This document shows positions 38,529-47,969 of a stretch of 64,000 bases of DNA, one piece after another. Where the stretch lies: assembly GCA_028685755.1 (NCBI GenBank), contig JAQUDJ010000001.1, forward strand, positions 113,208 to 177,207. The letters are read 5' to 3'. The stretch is from Eubacteriales bacterium (GTDB lineage Bacteria; Bacillota; Clostridia; Saccharofermentanales; UBA5734). Numbering within the stretch: the first letter of the stretch is position 1; each line of letters opens with the position of its first letter. The translations under genes and the position numbers were made by a program. A model generated the notes under the pieces. The model was not told the origin of the DNA, ran no database searches, and saw only the letters and a list, made by a program, of their open reading frames with translations.

Positions 38529-39386
38529 ATGGCTCGATTTTGTTTCTATTGCGGCCGCGAACTCGCGACCGGTGAAAAATGTGATTGCCGCGTCCATCAG
38601 TCGACGTCGGCTGGATCAGCCACTCAGACCAAACAAGCTCCACCACCACCCCAAGCGCCTCCGCGCCCTAAAGCCGCACCACAGGGCAAAGCCGCACATA
38701 CAACCCGCGCATCACACACCGCGCGACCAAAATCTGGCCCTGTTTTTGACAAGGCAGCGATCCTCGCTGGGGTTCAACAGTTTGTTCGCTATTTAGCTAG
38801 ACCGGTCGAAACCATTCGCCAATCGGTCCAATATGCCGACCCCAGGCGTTTACTGACCCTTATCTTGTTGCATGCCGCTTTGAGCGGGGTTGCCGCTCTG
38901 ATCCTCAGTCAACTAGGCACGTTAGACCTACTCTTGCAATTGACAGTTGCTGGATCAGCTGACAATCCAGCACTCGGGGCAATTTTCTTAGCTGTCCAAG
39001 GCTTTGGATTGACTCTAGCCATGGATTTGCTGCTGATCATCATCACCCAAATCGCCTTAAAATACGTCTTTAAAGCAAGCTATTCGCTCGTACGCGTTGC
39101 TTCTAGCTTATCACCGGTTTTCTTTTACAGTATTTTGTTTTTAGTATTAGCGCTATTCTCTTTAACGGCCGTCCCGATCAGTAGTCTGCTGATGCTCGCC
39201 GCCGGTCTAGCCGTTTCAGCGATTGCACTCTATTTGGCCTTGCGCCAGTTGACTAACTTCGATGAAAACCGTTGTTTCATGCTCGTTGTTTTTATTCTGA
39301 TCGCTTATACATCGGTGATTTCAATGTTGCTAAGTCTGGCAACGCCCGTGCTTACTGTCCTATTGGATCAGACATTGCCGCTGTAA
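38529..39386 (+). CDS. Zinc-ribbon / Pro-rich linker / multi-TM membrane protein (hypothetical)
   Basis: It begins MARFCFYCGRELATGEKCDC (CxxC..CxC). A Pro/Ala/Gln linker follows, then 5 hydrophobic segments or so. Confidence 0.7.
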   Translation: MARFCFYCGRELATGEKCDCRVHQSTSAGSATQTKQAPPPPQAPPRPKAAPQGKAAHTTRASHTARPKSGPVFDKAAILAGVQQFVRYLARPVETIRQSVQYADPRRLLTLILLHAALSGVAALILSQLGTLDLLLQLTVAGSADNPALGAIFLAVQGFGLTLAMDLLLIIITQIALKYVFKASYSLVRVASSLSPVFFYSILFLVLALFSLTAVPISSLLMLAAGLAVSAIALYLALRQLTNFDENRCFMLVVFILIAYTSVISMLLSLATPVLTVLLDQTLPL

Positions 39387-40044
39387 AGCGGTCAATCATA
39401 CGTTCCGCATACGTGCTGTCGATTAGCGCAAACGCCGCCGGATCATGGTTTAACGTATCCGTCGTTTGTTCTAGAATCATCTGCGCATTGTGGTAGGCAT
39501 CCACGACTAATTGGTACTGAAACCAGCCATCTTCCAATTTCATGACGAAATTGAGCTCGGACTTAGCGACGCCGACCAGACGGAGTTCTTCGATCGGTGT
39601 ATCCTGGGCCTGGTGCTTAATGACGACAAATTTAACAAGTTCTAACGCGCGATCATCAAGTCCTTGCTCATGCACTAAGATTTTTTCAATCAAGTCGTTG
39701 ACAGAAGCAACCAATCGGCGAAACGGTGCGGTTTCGGCAGGGGTTGGCCACAAAGTAGGGCCTGCAGCTTGCAAGTCCTGTAACCGAACGAGTAGATCAT
39801 CCGGGCCTAAATCAGGGCGGCTTTCGATCAGAATATGTTGCTTAGGATCGCGATAGACGAGCGGGGCTGCAATCAGCGTCGAATGGCCGCAATTGCGGCA
39901 TTCGAGCGATTGCAGGGTCTTTCGCAACAGTTTTTCTTTGAGGTCCGGATCTGTCGATGTGTCGATCACGTCCCAAATCGTCAATTCTTCTTCATTGAGG
40001 CAGACTGGGCATTGGGCCATGACTTGATGAAAGGCAGTCGTCAC
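39352..40044 (-). CDS. CpXC-domain zinc-ribbon protein
   Basis: It has CPVC...CRNCGH spacing typical of CpXC domains. The GTG at 40044 overlaps the clpC TGA (GTGA). The alternative ATG at 40020 cannot be excluded. Confidence 0.7.
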   Translation of the reverse strand: MTTAFHQVMAQCPVCLNEEELTIWDVIDTSTDPDLKEKLLRKTLQSLECRNCGHSTLIAAPLVYRDPKQHILIESRPDLGPDDLLVRLQDLQAAGPTLWPTPAETAPFRRLVASVNDLIEKILVHEQGLDDRALELVKFVVIKHQAQDTPIEELRLVGVAKSELNFVMKLEDGWFQYQLVVDAYHNAQMILEQTTDTLNHDPAAFALIDSTYAERMIDRFTAAMSDPIGQ

Positions 40045-42767
40045 GGTTCTTCTCCTTGTGGGTTGGATTCTGATTGTGGTGGCGCAAGGTCAGTTTGTTG
40101 CGGACTGGAATCAGTTAGAACCGGTTCGCCTCGGATAACAATGTTATCCTGATCCGCATCGACAATCGCTTTGCCACCAGCCTTGACAACACCATCGAGC
40201 ATGGCTTCAGAAAACTGATCCTCGACCATCGATTGGATCATCCGGCGCAAAGGTCGCGCGCCATACATCGGATCATATCCCTTATGGGCAAGTAATTGCT
40301 TAGCTGCATCAGTGACTTCCAAATCAAGCCCAACCTCAGCCACTCGTTTGCGCAGCCCCTTGAGCATGATCTCAACAATCTTGAGCATGTCGTCGCGACC
40401 AAGCATATGGAAGAAGATTATTTCATCGACACGGTTGACGAATTCTGGATTAAAAGTCTTTTTGACCTCATCCATCACCATCAAGCGAGCTTCAGAGTAA
40501 GTCTTGCCGCCATATAAATGACCGTTTTCCTTGTCATCTTCGGATTTTTCAGCTGCGTCAAAGCCAATCTTTCGGCCACCGGAGCTCGTCAACAAGCGGG
40601 CCCCGATATTTGACGTCATGATGATGATTGTATTTCTAAAGTTTATGGTTCGGCCTTGGCCATCCGTCATACGGCCATCTTCAAGGATTTGCAGTAGTGC
40701 ATTAAACACATCTGGATGTGCTTTTTCGATCTCATCAAAGAGTACGACCGAGTAGGGTCGGCGGCGAACTTTTTCTGTCAATTGGCCGCCTTCCTCATAG
40801 CCAACGTATCCAGGCGGCGAACCGATCAGCTTGCTGACGTCGAATTTTTCCATGTATTCAGACATATCGACGCGAATCATGGCATTTTCGTCACCGAACA
40901 TGACCTCGGCCAAAGCACGCGCGAGTTCAGTTTTGCCAACACCGGTTGTCCCGAGAAATATAAACGATCCCGTTGGTCGTTTAGGATCTTTGAGCCCGAG
41001 TCGGCCGCGGCGAATAGCCTTGGCAACCGCGTGGACCGCGGCATCTTGCCCAATGACTCGGTGGCCAATTTCGACTTCGAGATTCTTGAGTCGTTCGTTG
41101 TCATCTTCAGTCAGTTTGCGAACCGGGATTTTAGTCCACGCGGCAACCACATCAGCGATTAGATCTGCATGCAAAACCCGGTGAACTTCGCGTTCTTCGT
41201 GTTCGAATTGTGCCCGTTCCTGTTCAATTTGAGTTTGCAAAGCGAGTTCATCCTTGCGGAGCGTCGCGGCTTCTTCGAAGGCTTCACGGTCGGCTGCTTC
41301 CTTTTTCTTGACTCCAAGAGCCTTCAGTTGTTCTTCGAGGTCTTTCACATGACCAGATTGACTGGTTCGGGAAAGGCGCAATTTGGAGGCGGCTTCATCA
41401 ATCAAGTCGATCGCTTTATCTGGGAGAAACCGATCTTGAATGTATCGAGTCGATAATGTCACAGCAGCCTCAATTGCTGAATCAGTTATCCGCACATTAT
41501 GATGTGCTTCATATTTTTCACGCAATCCCCTGAGAATCAATAAGGTTTCTTCTGGAGTTGGTTCGCCGACCGTAACGGGTTGGAAACGCCGTTCAAGCGC
41601 TTTGTCTTTTTCGATATGTTTGCGATATTCATCGATTGTCGTGGCTCCAATGACCTGTAGCTCCCCACGAGCCAACATCGGTTTGAGAATATTCGCAGCG
41701 TCCATCGCCCCTTCGGCACCACCAGCACCAATTATATTGTGGAGCTCGTCAATAAAGAGAATGACTTTGCCACTGTTGATCGCTTCATCTAAGCCTTTTT
41801 TGAGGCGCTCTTCAAATTCACCGCGATATTTACTGCCAGCGACCATTCCGGCCATATCTAATGCAACCAAGCGTTTGCCTTGCAAGGGTTCTGGGATGTC
41901 ACCGCTGACGAGTTTTTGTGCGAGACCTTCGGCGATCGCTGATTTGCCGACGCCGGGTTCGCCAATTAGGCATGGATTGTTTTTGGTCCGCCGACAGAGA
42001 ATTTGCATCACCCTGTCCATTTCATCTGCCCGACCAATGATCGGATCAAATTTACCTTCCCGCGCCATTTCGGTTAAATCACGGCTGAATTTATCCAAGG
42101 TTGGGGTGTTTGTTTTCTTTTTGGATTTGCCAGAAGCACCATGGCTGCTTTTCGCGCCACTTTCGCCGCTACCTTCGCCGCGCAATTGGGCGTTAATTTC
42201 ATCAATATCGGGATTGCCAGAAGAATCGCCACCCGTTTGAAAGGGATTGCGCTCGTCTGCTGAATCATCGTCCGCATCTAATGCTTGCCCCGAAGCCATT
42301 TCTGCCAGTGCAGCAACCAAAGCCTTTGTTAATTCTTTGATATCAACATTAGCTGCACGTAAAACACGCATGGCCACGCTTTCGCCCTCATTCAGAATCC
42401 CGAGCAATAAATGCTCTGGTTCAATGACATTAGCTGAAGCGCTAGGATGCTTGCGGGCAGCTTGTGCCGCAAGGTCGACAACGCGTCTGGTGCGGGGCGT
42501 AAACATTGCCATGATTTTATCGCCATCAACCTCACCCTGGATCTCCGTATTTTCAGGTTCGCGGCCGGTGAGTTGCGTTAAGGCTTGTTGGACAATTTCG
42601 GATTCAAGCCCAGCATTGGTCAATGCTTCATATGCGCCACCTTGATTTTCGGCCAGCAAACCAGCAAGTAAATGCTCGGTGCCAATATAATTCAGCTTAT
42701 AGGCTAGGGCGAGTTGGTAGGCGGTGCCAAGCACTGAACCCATCCGATCGGAAAATCTCATCATCAT
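40041..42767 (-). CDS. clpC: ATP-dependent Clp protease ATP-binding subunit ClpC (908 aa)
   Basis: It has Clp-N repeats, two AAA+ modules (GEPGVGKSAI, GTTGVGKTEL) and a UVR-like middle domain. It is the fourth gene after ctsR-mcsA-mcsB. Confidence 0.95.
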   Translation of the reverse strand: MMMRFSDRMGSVLGTAYQLALAYKLNYIGTEHLLAGLLAENQGGAYEALTNAGLESEIVQQALTQLTGREPENTEIQGEVDGDKIMAMFTPRTRRVVDLAAQAARKHPSASANVIEPEHLLLGILNEGESVAMRVLRAANVDIKELTKALVAALAEMASGQALDADDDSADERNPFQTGGDSSGNPDIDEINAQLRGEGSGESGAKSSHGASGKSKKKTNTPTLDKFSRDLTEMAREGKFDPIIGRADEMDRVMQILCRRTKNNPCLIGEPGVGKSAIAEGLAQKLVSGDIPEPLQGKRLVALDMAGMVAGSKYRGEFEERLKKGLDEAINSGKVILFIDELHNIIGAGGAEGAMDAANILKPMLARGELQVIGATTIDEYRKHIEKDKALERRFQPVTVGEPTPEETLLILRGLREKYEAHHNVRITDSAIEAAVTLSTRYIQDRFLPDKAIDLIDEAASKLRLSRTSQSGHVKDLEEQLKALGVKKKEAADREAFEEAATLRKDELALQTQIEQERAQFEHEEREVHRVLHADLIADVVAAWTKIPVRKLTEDDNERLKNLEVEIGHRVIGQDAAVHAVAKAIRRGRLGLKDPKRPTGSFIFLGTTGVGKTELARALAEVMFGDENAMIRVDMSEYMEKFDVSKLIGSPPGYVGYEEGGQLTEKVRRRPYSVVLFDEIEKAHPDVFNALLQILEDGRMTDGQGRTINFRNTIIIMTSNIGARLLTSSGGRKIGFDAAEKSEDDKENGHLYGGKTYSEARLMVMDEVKKTFNPEFVNRVDEIIFFHMLGRDDMLKIVEIMLKGLRKRVAEVGLDLEVTDAAKQLLAHKGYDPMYGARPLRRMIQSMVEDQFSEAMLDGVVKAGGKAIVDADQDNIVIRGEPVLTDSSPQQTDLAPPQSESNPQGEEP

Positions 42768-42809
42768 AAAAATGTACCTCCTCGTAAAGTCTGTCAGATA
42801 GTTTTATGT

Positions 42810-43847
42810 TTAATTTGCGGGTTGTTCACCCAATAAATTGCGGATAGCCGTTGCGCGTGCGATGTCACGTTCTTCTGGAGTCATGGGCTGGCCATGAGTC
42901 TTTTGAATACTTGCTGGTCCAATTGAGGCGATCAGGCGATTGACTTCCGATTCAGAGATGCCGTGGATGAGCCCAAGCGCCAATCCAAGCCGCAGATCTG
43001 ATAGCAAGTTCAATGCTTCGTCATTCGCCATTTGCCGAGCCTTGAGCAAGACCCCGTAGGATCGCATGATTTTATCTTCAACAAAGACAGGACGCGAGCG
43101 GTAAATCGCCCGTCTTGCTTTTCGTTCCTGTTCGATTAATTGATTGAGCATCCGCTTGAGGTCATTGATCAAATCCTCTTCGGAGAGACCTAAAGTAAGC
43201 TGGTTGGAAATCTGAAAAACATTACCTTGGCTTTTGCTGCCTTCGCCGTGATAGCCCCGTACAGCAAAGCTCATTTTACTGAGGCTATCGACAATGGTTC
43301 GGATTTTACCGGTCATAACTAAGCCAGGTAAATGGGCCATTGCTGAAGCACGCATGCCGGTGCCGGTATTGGTCGGGCAAGCGGTCAAAAAGCCGAATTG
43401 TTCGCTGTACGCAATATTCAGATTGTCTTCGAGTTGTCTCGATGCCCCTGATGCTAAAGCAAATGCCCCTTCGAGATCGAGTCCGGCTTGCATGGCTTGG
43501 ATCCGAATATGATCTTCTTCGTTGATCATGATCGAAAGAGATTCATCGCGGCTGATAATCACCCGATGGTTTTTACCGACACGGGCGAGGTCTTCACTGA
43601 CTAAATGCTTTTCAACTAGGGCCATGCGATCGATCTCATTTAATGTTTCAAGATCGAGTGTCAAAAAGTCATGTCGCTGCTTTTCGTCATGATTGAGAAA
43701 AGCATCAACAATCTCATCCGCCGCTTGTTTCGCTTGTTGGTTGTCCATGCGGTGCGGAAATGGAAATTGCGTCAGATTACGCGCCAAACGGATGCGACTC
43801 GAAACTATGACATCACTTTCTGGACCTTTGTCGATGTACCATGTCAT
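42810..43847 (-). CDS. mcsB: Protein arginine kinase McsB
   Basis: Guanidino-kinase catalytic domain (SSRIRLARN, CPTN.GTG.R). There is an ATGA overlap with mcsA. Confidence 0.93.
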   Translation of the reverse strand: MTWYIDKGPESDVIVSSRIRLARNLTQFPFPHRMDNQQAKQAADEIVDAFLNHDEKQRHDFLTLDLETLNEIDRMALVEKHLVSEDLARVGKNHRVIISRDESLSIMINEEDHIRIQAMQAGLDLEGAFALASGASRQLEDNLNIAYSEQFGFLTACPTNTGTGMRASAMAHLPGLVMTGKIRTIVDSLSKMSFAVRGYHGEGSKSQGNVFQISNQLTLGLSEEDLINDLKRMLNQLIEQERKARRAIYRSRPVFVEDKIMRSYGVLLKARQMANDEALNLLSDLRLGLALGLIHGISESEVNRLIASIGPASIQKTHGQPMTPEERDIARATAIRNLLGEQPAN

Positions 43848-44389
43848 GTTTCTGCCCCCCCTTCGATCGGTTTCTCTATGTTGCGAATCTCATCGCGCAA
43901 TTGAGCCGCTTGCTCGTATTGTTCATCTTTAACAGCTTTTGCCAATGCTTTGCGCAAATCCGCAATCTGACTGAGACGCTTTTGCTTTTCTTGCAAGTCA
44001 GGACTTTCTTGTAATTTATGACCAACATGGCGTGTCCCACCTTGGACACGGCGGAATACAGGTTCTAGTCGATCGGCAAAAGCTTCATAGCAATGACTGC
44101 AGCCGAGCAAACCAGAGCTTCTGAATTCATCAAAAGTCAGACCACATGTCGGGCAGACCACATTGCGCGGAACAGATTGGCCAAACGCCGGAATCCCACC
44201 GGTTGTGTTGAATATGGATTGGCCAAACATCGATTGCCCAAAAAAATTGTCAAAAACGGATTCGAGATTGGGTTCAAGACCAATTTCTTTGGCACACACA
44301 TCGCAGAGGTGCTGTTCGACCGTCTGTCCTTGATGGGTTTGCGATAAATGGATGGTCGCTTCACGCTGCTTACAACGCTCACACAACAT
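43844..44389 (-). CDS. mcsA: McsA (zinc-finger / UVR-domain activator of McsB)
   Basis: It has N-terminal CxxC pairs (MLCERCKQREA..CDVC, CPTCG, CSHCY) and a C-terminal UVR motif. Confidence 0.9.
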   Translation of the reverse strand: MLCERCKQREATIHLSQTHQGQTVEQHLCDVCAKEIGLEPNLESVFDNFFGQSMFGQSIFNTTGGIPAFGQSVPRNVVCPTCGLTFDEFRSSGLLGCSHCYEAFADRLEPVFRRVQGGTRHVGHKLQESPDLQEKQKRLSQIADLRKALAKAVKDEQYEQAAQLRDEIRNIEKPIEGGAET

Positions 44390-44414
44390 AGTCGTTCGCC
44401 TCCCTTTTTAGCAC

Positions 44415-44891
44415 TTAGGCTGATCTGACGATAAGGCTCGCCAGCGTGTTTTTTAAAATGGTCATCCGCACGTGGTCGCGTAGGTCACTGTCAATTTCGC
44501 GCAATGCGCGATCCGACGTCGCGGCATGCAACACGCGAGCGACGAGGGTGCTAATGACTTCGTAATCTAAAAAATTACGAATGAGCACATCAGCTTGGTG
44601 TTCACTTAAAGCTACGCCAAGCGAATTAATCGTATGCATCAAGTAGCGGGTCGGTGATTCAAGCGTGACTCGGCGAATGCGAATCCAACCGCCACCACCA
44701 CGCCGACTCTCAACAAGATAGCCTTGACCATTCGTGAATCGCGTCGCTAAGACGTAGTTGATCTGCGAAGGCACACAATTGATGCGATCGGCCAACTCAC
44801 CTCGGGTAATTTCGATTACGCCGTCGTTTTGGTCAATCAATTGCTTGATCAATGTCTCAGCAAAATCGCTAATTTTGGCCAATCTGACCAC
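44415..44891 (-). CDS. ctsR: Class III stress-gene repressor CtsR
   Basis: 158 aa with CtsR HTH-region motifs (RGGGG.I.I). GTG start. A cognate operator lies upstream. Confidence 0.93.
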   Translation of the reverse strand: MVRLAKISDFAETLIKQLIDQNDGVIEITRGELADRINCVPSQINYVLATRFTNGQGYLVESRRGGGGWIRIRRVTLESPTRYLMHTINSLGVALSEHQADVLIRNFLDYEVISTLVARVLHAATSDRALREIDSDLRDHVRMTILKNTLASLIVRSA

Positions 44892-44926
44892 CTGCTTTCC
44901 AAATCAAAGATCGTCGCAAATCAGAC

Positions 44927-44943
44927 TTTGACTATTTTTGACT
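44927..44943 (-). promoter_or_regulatory. CtsR operator
   Basis: On the minus strand, AGTCAAA-AAT-AGTCAAA matches the RGTCAAA-NAN-RGTCAAA direct heptad repeat. It lies immediately downstream of the -10. Confidence 0.88.
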
Positions 44944-44945
44944 AT

Positions 44946-44974
44946 ATTATAAAAAGCACGGAAATATTTTTCAA
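44946..44974 (-). promoter_or_regulatory. ctsR-clpC operon promoter
   Basis: On the minus strand, TTGAAA (44974-44969), a 17-nt spacer and TATAAT (44951-44946). Confidence 0.75.
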
Positions 44975-45007
44975 GCGGGTTGGAGAACAAATGTTTTCAG
45001 TGGGCTG

Positions 45008-45016
45008 TGCTATAAT
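45008..45016 (+). promoter_or_regulatory. Extended -10 element for the plus-strand SBP5 operon
   Basis: TGcTATAAT lies 31 nt upstream of the GTG start. There is no convincing -35. Confidence 0.4.
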
Positions 45017-45046
45017 TAAAACCATTCGCGCCAAGGAGTTTAGCCG

Positions 45047-46642
45047 GTGAAATCCGATCCCTCACAGCCTGAAAATCGCCATCCGATTCCAAGTGTCCGA
45101 CTTGTCCCAGCTCGGCAGCCACTGAATCAAACCCAACATTGGCTCTTGGGCAGTGCCATGATCATTTTATTGATCATTCTGTTCGTCATGGCTTGGGCTG
45201 TTAGGCAATGGCAATCGGATGTGACCAGTCCGACTACGGCCCTACCTGCAGCGACGATTGAGCCTACCCCAGCAATGGTTGCTCCCGAGGCGGTTTGGGA
45301 ACTCCTCCAATCGGAAGCACTCGCGCGCAAAAATGCCCTCGTAATTGGAATCGATCGTCCCCTCACTCGAATTAATCCTCTCTATGCAGCCGGTCCTGGA
45401 GAACAGGATGCGGTTGCTCTGATTTTTGAACCTTTAATGACGCTCGATTCACAAGGACAACCGCAACTCATACTTGCTGAACATTACGATTTGAATCGCG
45501 CTACACAGCAGCTTATCTTCACACTCAAAGATGATCATTTTTTTCGCGATGGGCGCGTTGTCAGTCCTGCCGATATTGCTTACACGTATAATTTATTGCT
45601 TGCAGATTCCTATGATGGTCAACTTCAAGGCCTTTGCGGGGGGATTCAATCGGTTACAATCAATCCCGACAATGAACAGGAAATTCGCTTCCAGCTAGAT
45701 GATTGGGTCATTGAGCCGGATTGGTCCTGGTTCACCATTGGCATCTTAAAATTCGATACAGATCCAGTAGATATCACGCGGGTTTTTGATTTAGGTCAAC
45801 AAACCCCTTTTCCGGAGGGCAGCGGACCGTATGAGCTAACGAGCCAAACGGAATCCGAAACCCATTTAGCCTTGCGGGCAGGTTATGATGGCGAAATCAG
45901 CACCGTTATTTTTACGACTATAGCCTCTGAACATATATATCCAGCCCTCGTCGCCGAAACAATCGACATGGCCTATGCTGTGTGGGATGATCGAATGAAA
46001 ACACGAATTAATGCATTATCGGCCTATACCTTCATGGTCGGCAAGCAGACTTCGATTTATACCTTGGTCAATCGCGTCACAGAAGGCGCAACCTATTTAA
46101 AAACGCCGGACATGCAAGATGCTGTGCTTGCAGTATTAGCAGGTCAACCTTTGTCCGATGAAGCAATGACAGCACTCGACCCCTTGGCCTTAGCTGATTT
46201 AACTTGCTATTTTTATCGCGGCATTGATGAGCCAACCCGCATCGCAAACGAAGCCAATGCACGAGCTGCGATCAGTCACCTCACAGATTTAGGTATCCAA
46301 GTCACCCTAACGGGCATCGATTGGCCGGATTTGGCAAGCCGCACTTTCGAAGGCCGATATGATCTCATGGTTATGCCGTTGCCGGCGAATGAAGCCTTAC
46401 CCGATCGCGCTGTTCTGATGAATCCACTGTTAATACAGAGGGCTTTAACTGCTCAATCAACTATTCCAGGACTTTCAGATGCGAATGCACTCATTGGCGG
46501 TTATGATGAATATATCCTGCTTGCACACCGTCGCCTATTGAACATGAACCTATCCACGATGTCCAAACCACTCGCGGCCTTGTCGCTTGGGTGGACCCAG
46601 CACCTGGCAGATGCTCACTATTTAAAATCGGAGGAGGGCTGA
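45047..46642 (+). CDS. Membrane-anchored solute-binding-protein family 5 (OppA/DppA-like) protein, with no adjacent ABC partners
   Basis: GTG start with AAGGAG 8 nt upstream. It has an N-terminal TM helix (LLGSAMIILLIILFVMAWAV) rather than a lipobox. The SBP5-like core includes INPLYA..GEQD...LIFEPL and YNLLL. Confidence 0.7.
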   Translation: MKSDPSQPENRHPIPSVRLVPARQPLNQTQHWLLGSAMIILLIILFVMAWAVRQWQSDVTSPTTALPAATIEPTPAMVAPEAVWELLQSEALARKNALVIGIDRPLTRINPLYAAGPGEQDAVALIFEPLMTLDSQGQPQLILAEHYDLNRATQQLIFTLKDDHFFRDGRVVSPADIAYTYNLLLADSYDGQLQGLCGGIQSVTINPDNEQEIRFQLDDWVIEPDWSWFTIGILKFDTDPVDITRVFDLGQQTPFPEGSGPYELTSQTESETHLALRAGYDGEISTVIFTTIASEHIYPALVAETIDMAYAVWDDRMKTRINALSAYTFMVGKQTSIYTLVNRVTEGATYLKTPDMQDAVLAVLAGQPLSDEAMTALDPLALADLTCYFYRGIDEPTRIANEANARAAISHLTDLGIQVTLTGIDWPDLASRTFEGRYDLMVMPLPANEALPDRAVLMNPLLIQRALTAQSTIPGLSDANALIGGYDEYILLAHRRLLNMNLSTMSKPLAALSLGWTQHLADAHYLKSEEG

Positions 46643-47967
46643 TGGATCGTCAATCTTTTCTAAAATGGCTTCAATCAGCGAATCCGATCATTCTTGACGG
46701 GGCAACCGGCACCAATTTGCAGGCTGCGGGAATGCCCTCCGGTGTTTCACCAGAACGTTGGGTTCTGGAGAATCCTCTGGTACTACAACAGTTGCAGCGT
46801 GACTTTTATCATGCGGGTAGCGATATCGTATATGCGTTTACCTTCGGCGCAAATCGTTGCAAATTGAGCCACCATGGCATTCCAGACGCAGATGTTGCAT
46901 CTTGGAATACTCGTTTAGCGTTGCTTTCGTGTCAAGTTCGTGATGAAATCGCGCCCGGCAGAACGCGTCAACCACTCGTCGCTGGCGATTTAGCCCCGAC
47001 TGGGGAGTTTTTAGCACCTGCTGGTCATCTTGAGTTTGAAGAATTGGTTGATATCTATCGCGAACAAGTTCGCGGCATGTTGAAAGCTGGAGTCGATTTA
47101 TTTGTTGCAGAAACAATGCTCGATCTGGCACAAACTCGTGCTGCCGTCATGGCCGTTCATGACGTGTGTGATCTGCCAGTCTTGGCTTCTCTCACCGTCG
47201 AAAAAAACGGTCGGACGCTGTCGGGCAATTCAATTCACGAATGCGTTTTGTCTCTCGCGTCCTGTGGAGCCGATGCCATCGGTTTAAATTGTTCTTTCGG
47301 ACCTGAAGGACTAGGTCAGTTGGTTCAGCAAGTTTTAGCGACCTCACCGGTGCCCCTTCTCGTAAAGCCAAACGCCGGCTTGCCTCATTTAATCGACGGT
47401 CATACCGTCTTTGACATGCAACCTGATCACTTTGCACGGTCGATGACAGCGTTAGCCAAAGCAGGCGTCCAATTGGTTGGTGGTTGCTGCGGGACACGGC
47501 CTGATCACATCAAAGCCCTCACGGCTCAGCTTGCTCAAGAGGGTGTCTGGACAACGCATCTTGCGAAAAGAGACGGCCTCATATTAGCCGAGCAGCAATC
47601 CGCAATCCAAGAAACCTTTGCGAAAATGATCTGTTCGTCGCGGCGCTCGCTCGACTGGCGAGAAGTATGTACCTGGCCAACTCTATCCATTACACAACCA
47701 GATGATTTGTCCGATGCTTGTGCGGATGCCGCAGAAGAGGATCCTCTAATTATCTGCCTAGACACCGCAACATGGGGCTCGCACACCAGCGCCGAATGGT
47801 GTAATGCATTAGATGACGTTCAAATTACTTTTCCGATTCCACTCATTTTCAAAGGTGAAAACCGTGAGTTGATCAATGCATTAATTCGTCGGTATCATGG
47901 GCGAGCGGGATTAATAACACGTTCCTTGACCGATCTGACCAACGTAGCTATTTTGATTGAGGCATAA
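46642..47967 (+). CDS. Homocysteine S-methyltransferase-domain protein with a short degenerate pterin-binding-like tail
   Basis: It has the Hcy-binding barrel (ILDGATGTNLQ, the GLNCS motif, and GGCCGT with zinc-ligand Cys). The C-terminal 130 aa or so resemble only the start of a MetH pterin-binding barrel. Its ATG shares 1 nt with the upstream TGA. Confidence 0.75.
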   Translation: MDRQSFLKWLQSANPIILDGATGTNLQAAGMPSGVSPERWVLENPLVLQQLQRDFYHAGSDIVYAFTFGANRCKLSHHGIPDADVASWNTRLALLSCQVRDEIAPGRTRQPLVAGDLAPTGEFLAPAGHLEFEELVDIYREQVRGMLKAGVDLFVAETMLDLAQTRAAVMAVHDVCDLPVLASLTVEKNGRTLSGNSIHECVLSLASCGADAIGLNCSFGPEGLGQLVQQVLATSPVPLLVKPNAGLPHLIDGHTVFDMQPDHFARSMTALAKAGVQLVGGCCGTRPDHIKALTAQLAQEGVWTTHLAKRDGLILAEQQSAIQETFAKMICSSRRSLDWREVCTWPTLSITQPDDLSDACADAAEEDPLIICLDTATWGSHTSAEWCNALDDVQITFPIPLIFKGENRELINALIRRYHGRAGLITRSLTDLTNVAILIEA

Positions 47968-47969
47968 AA

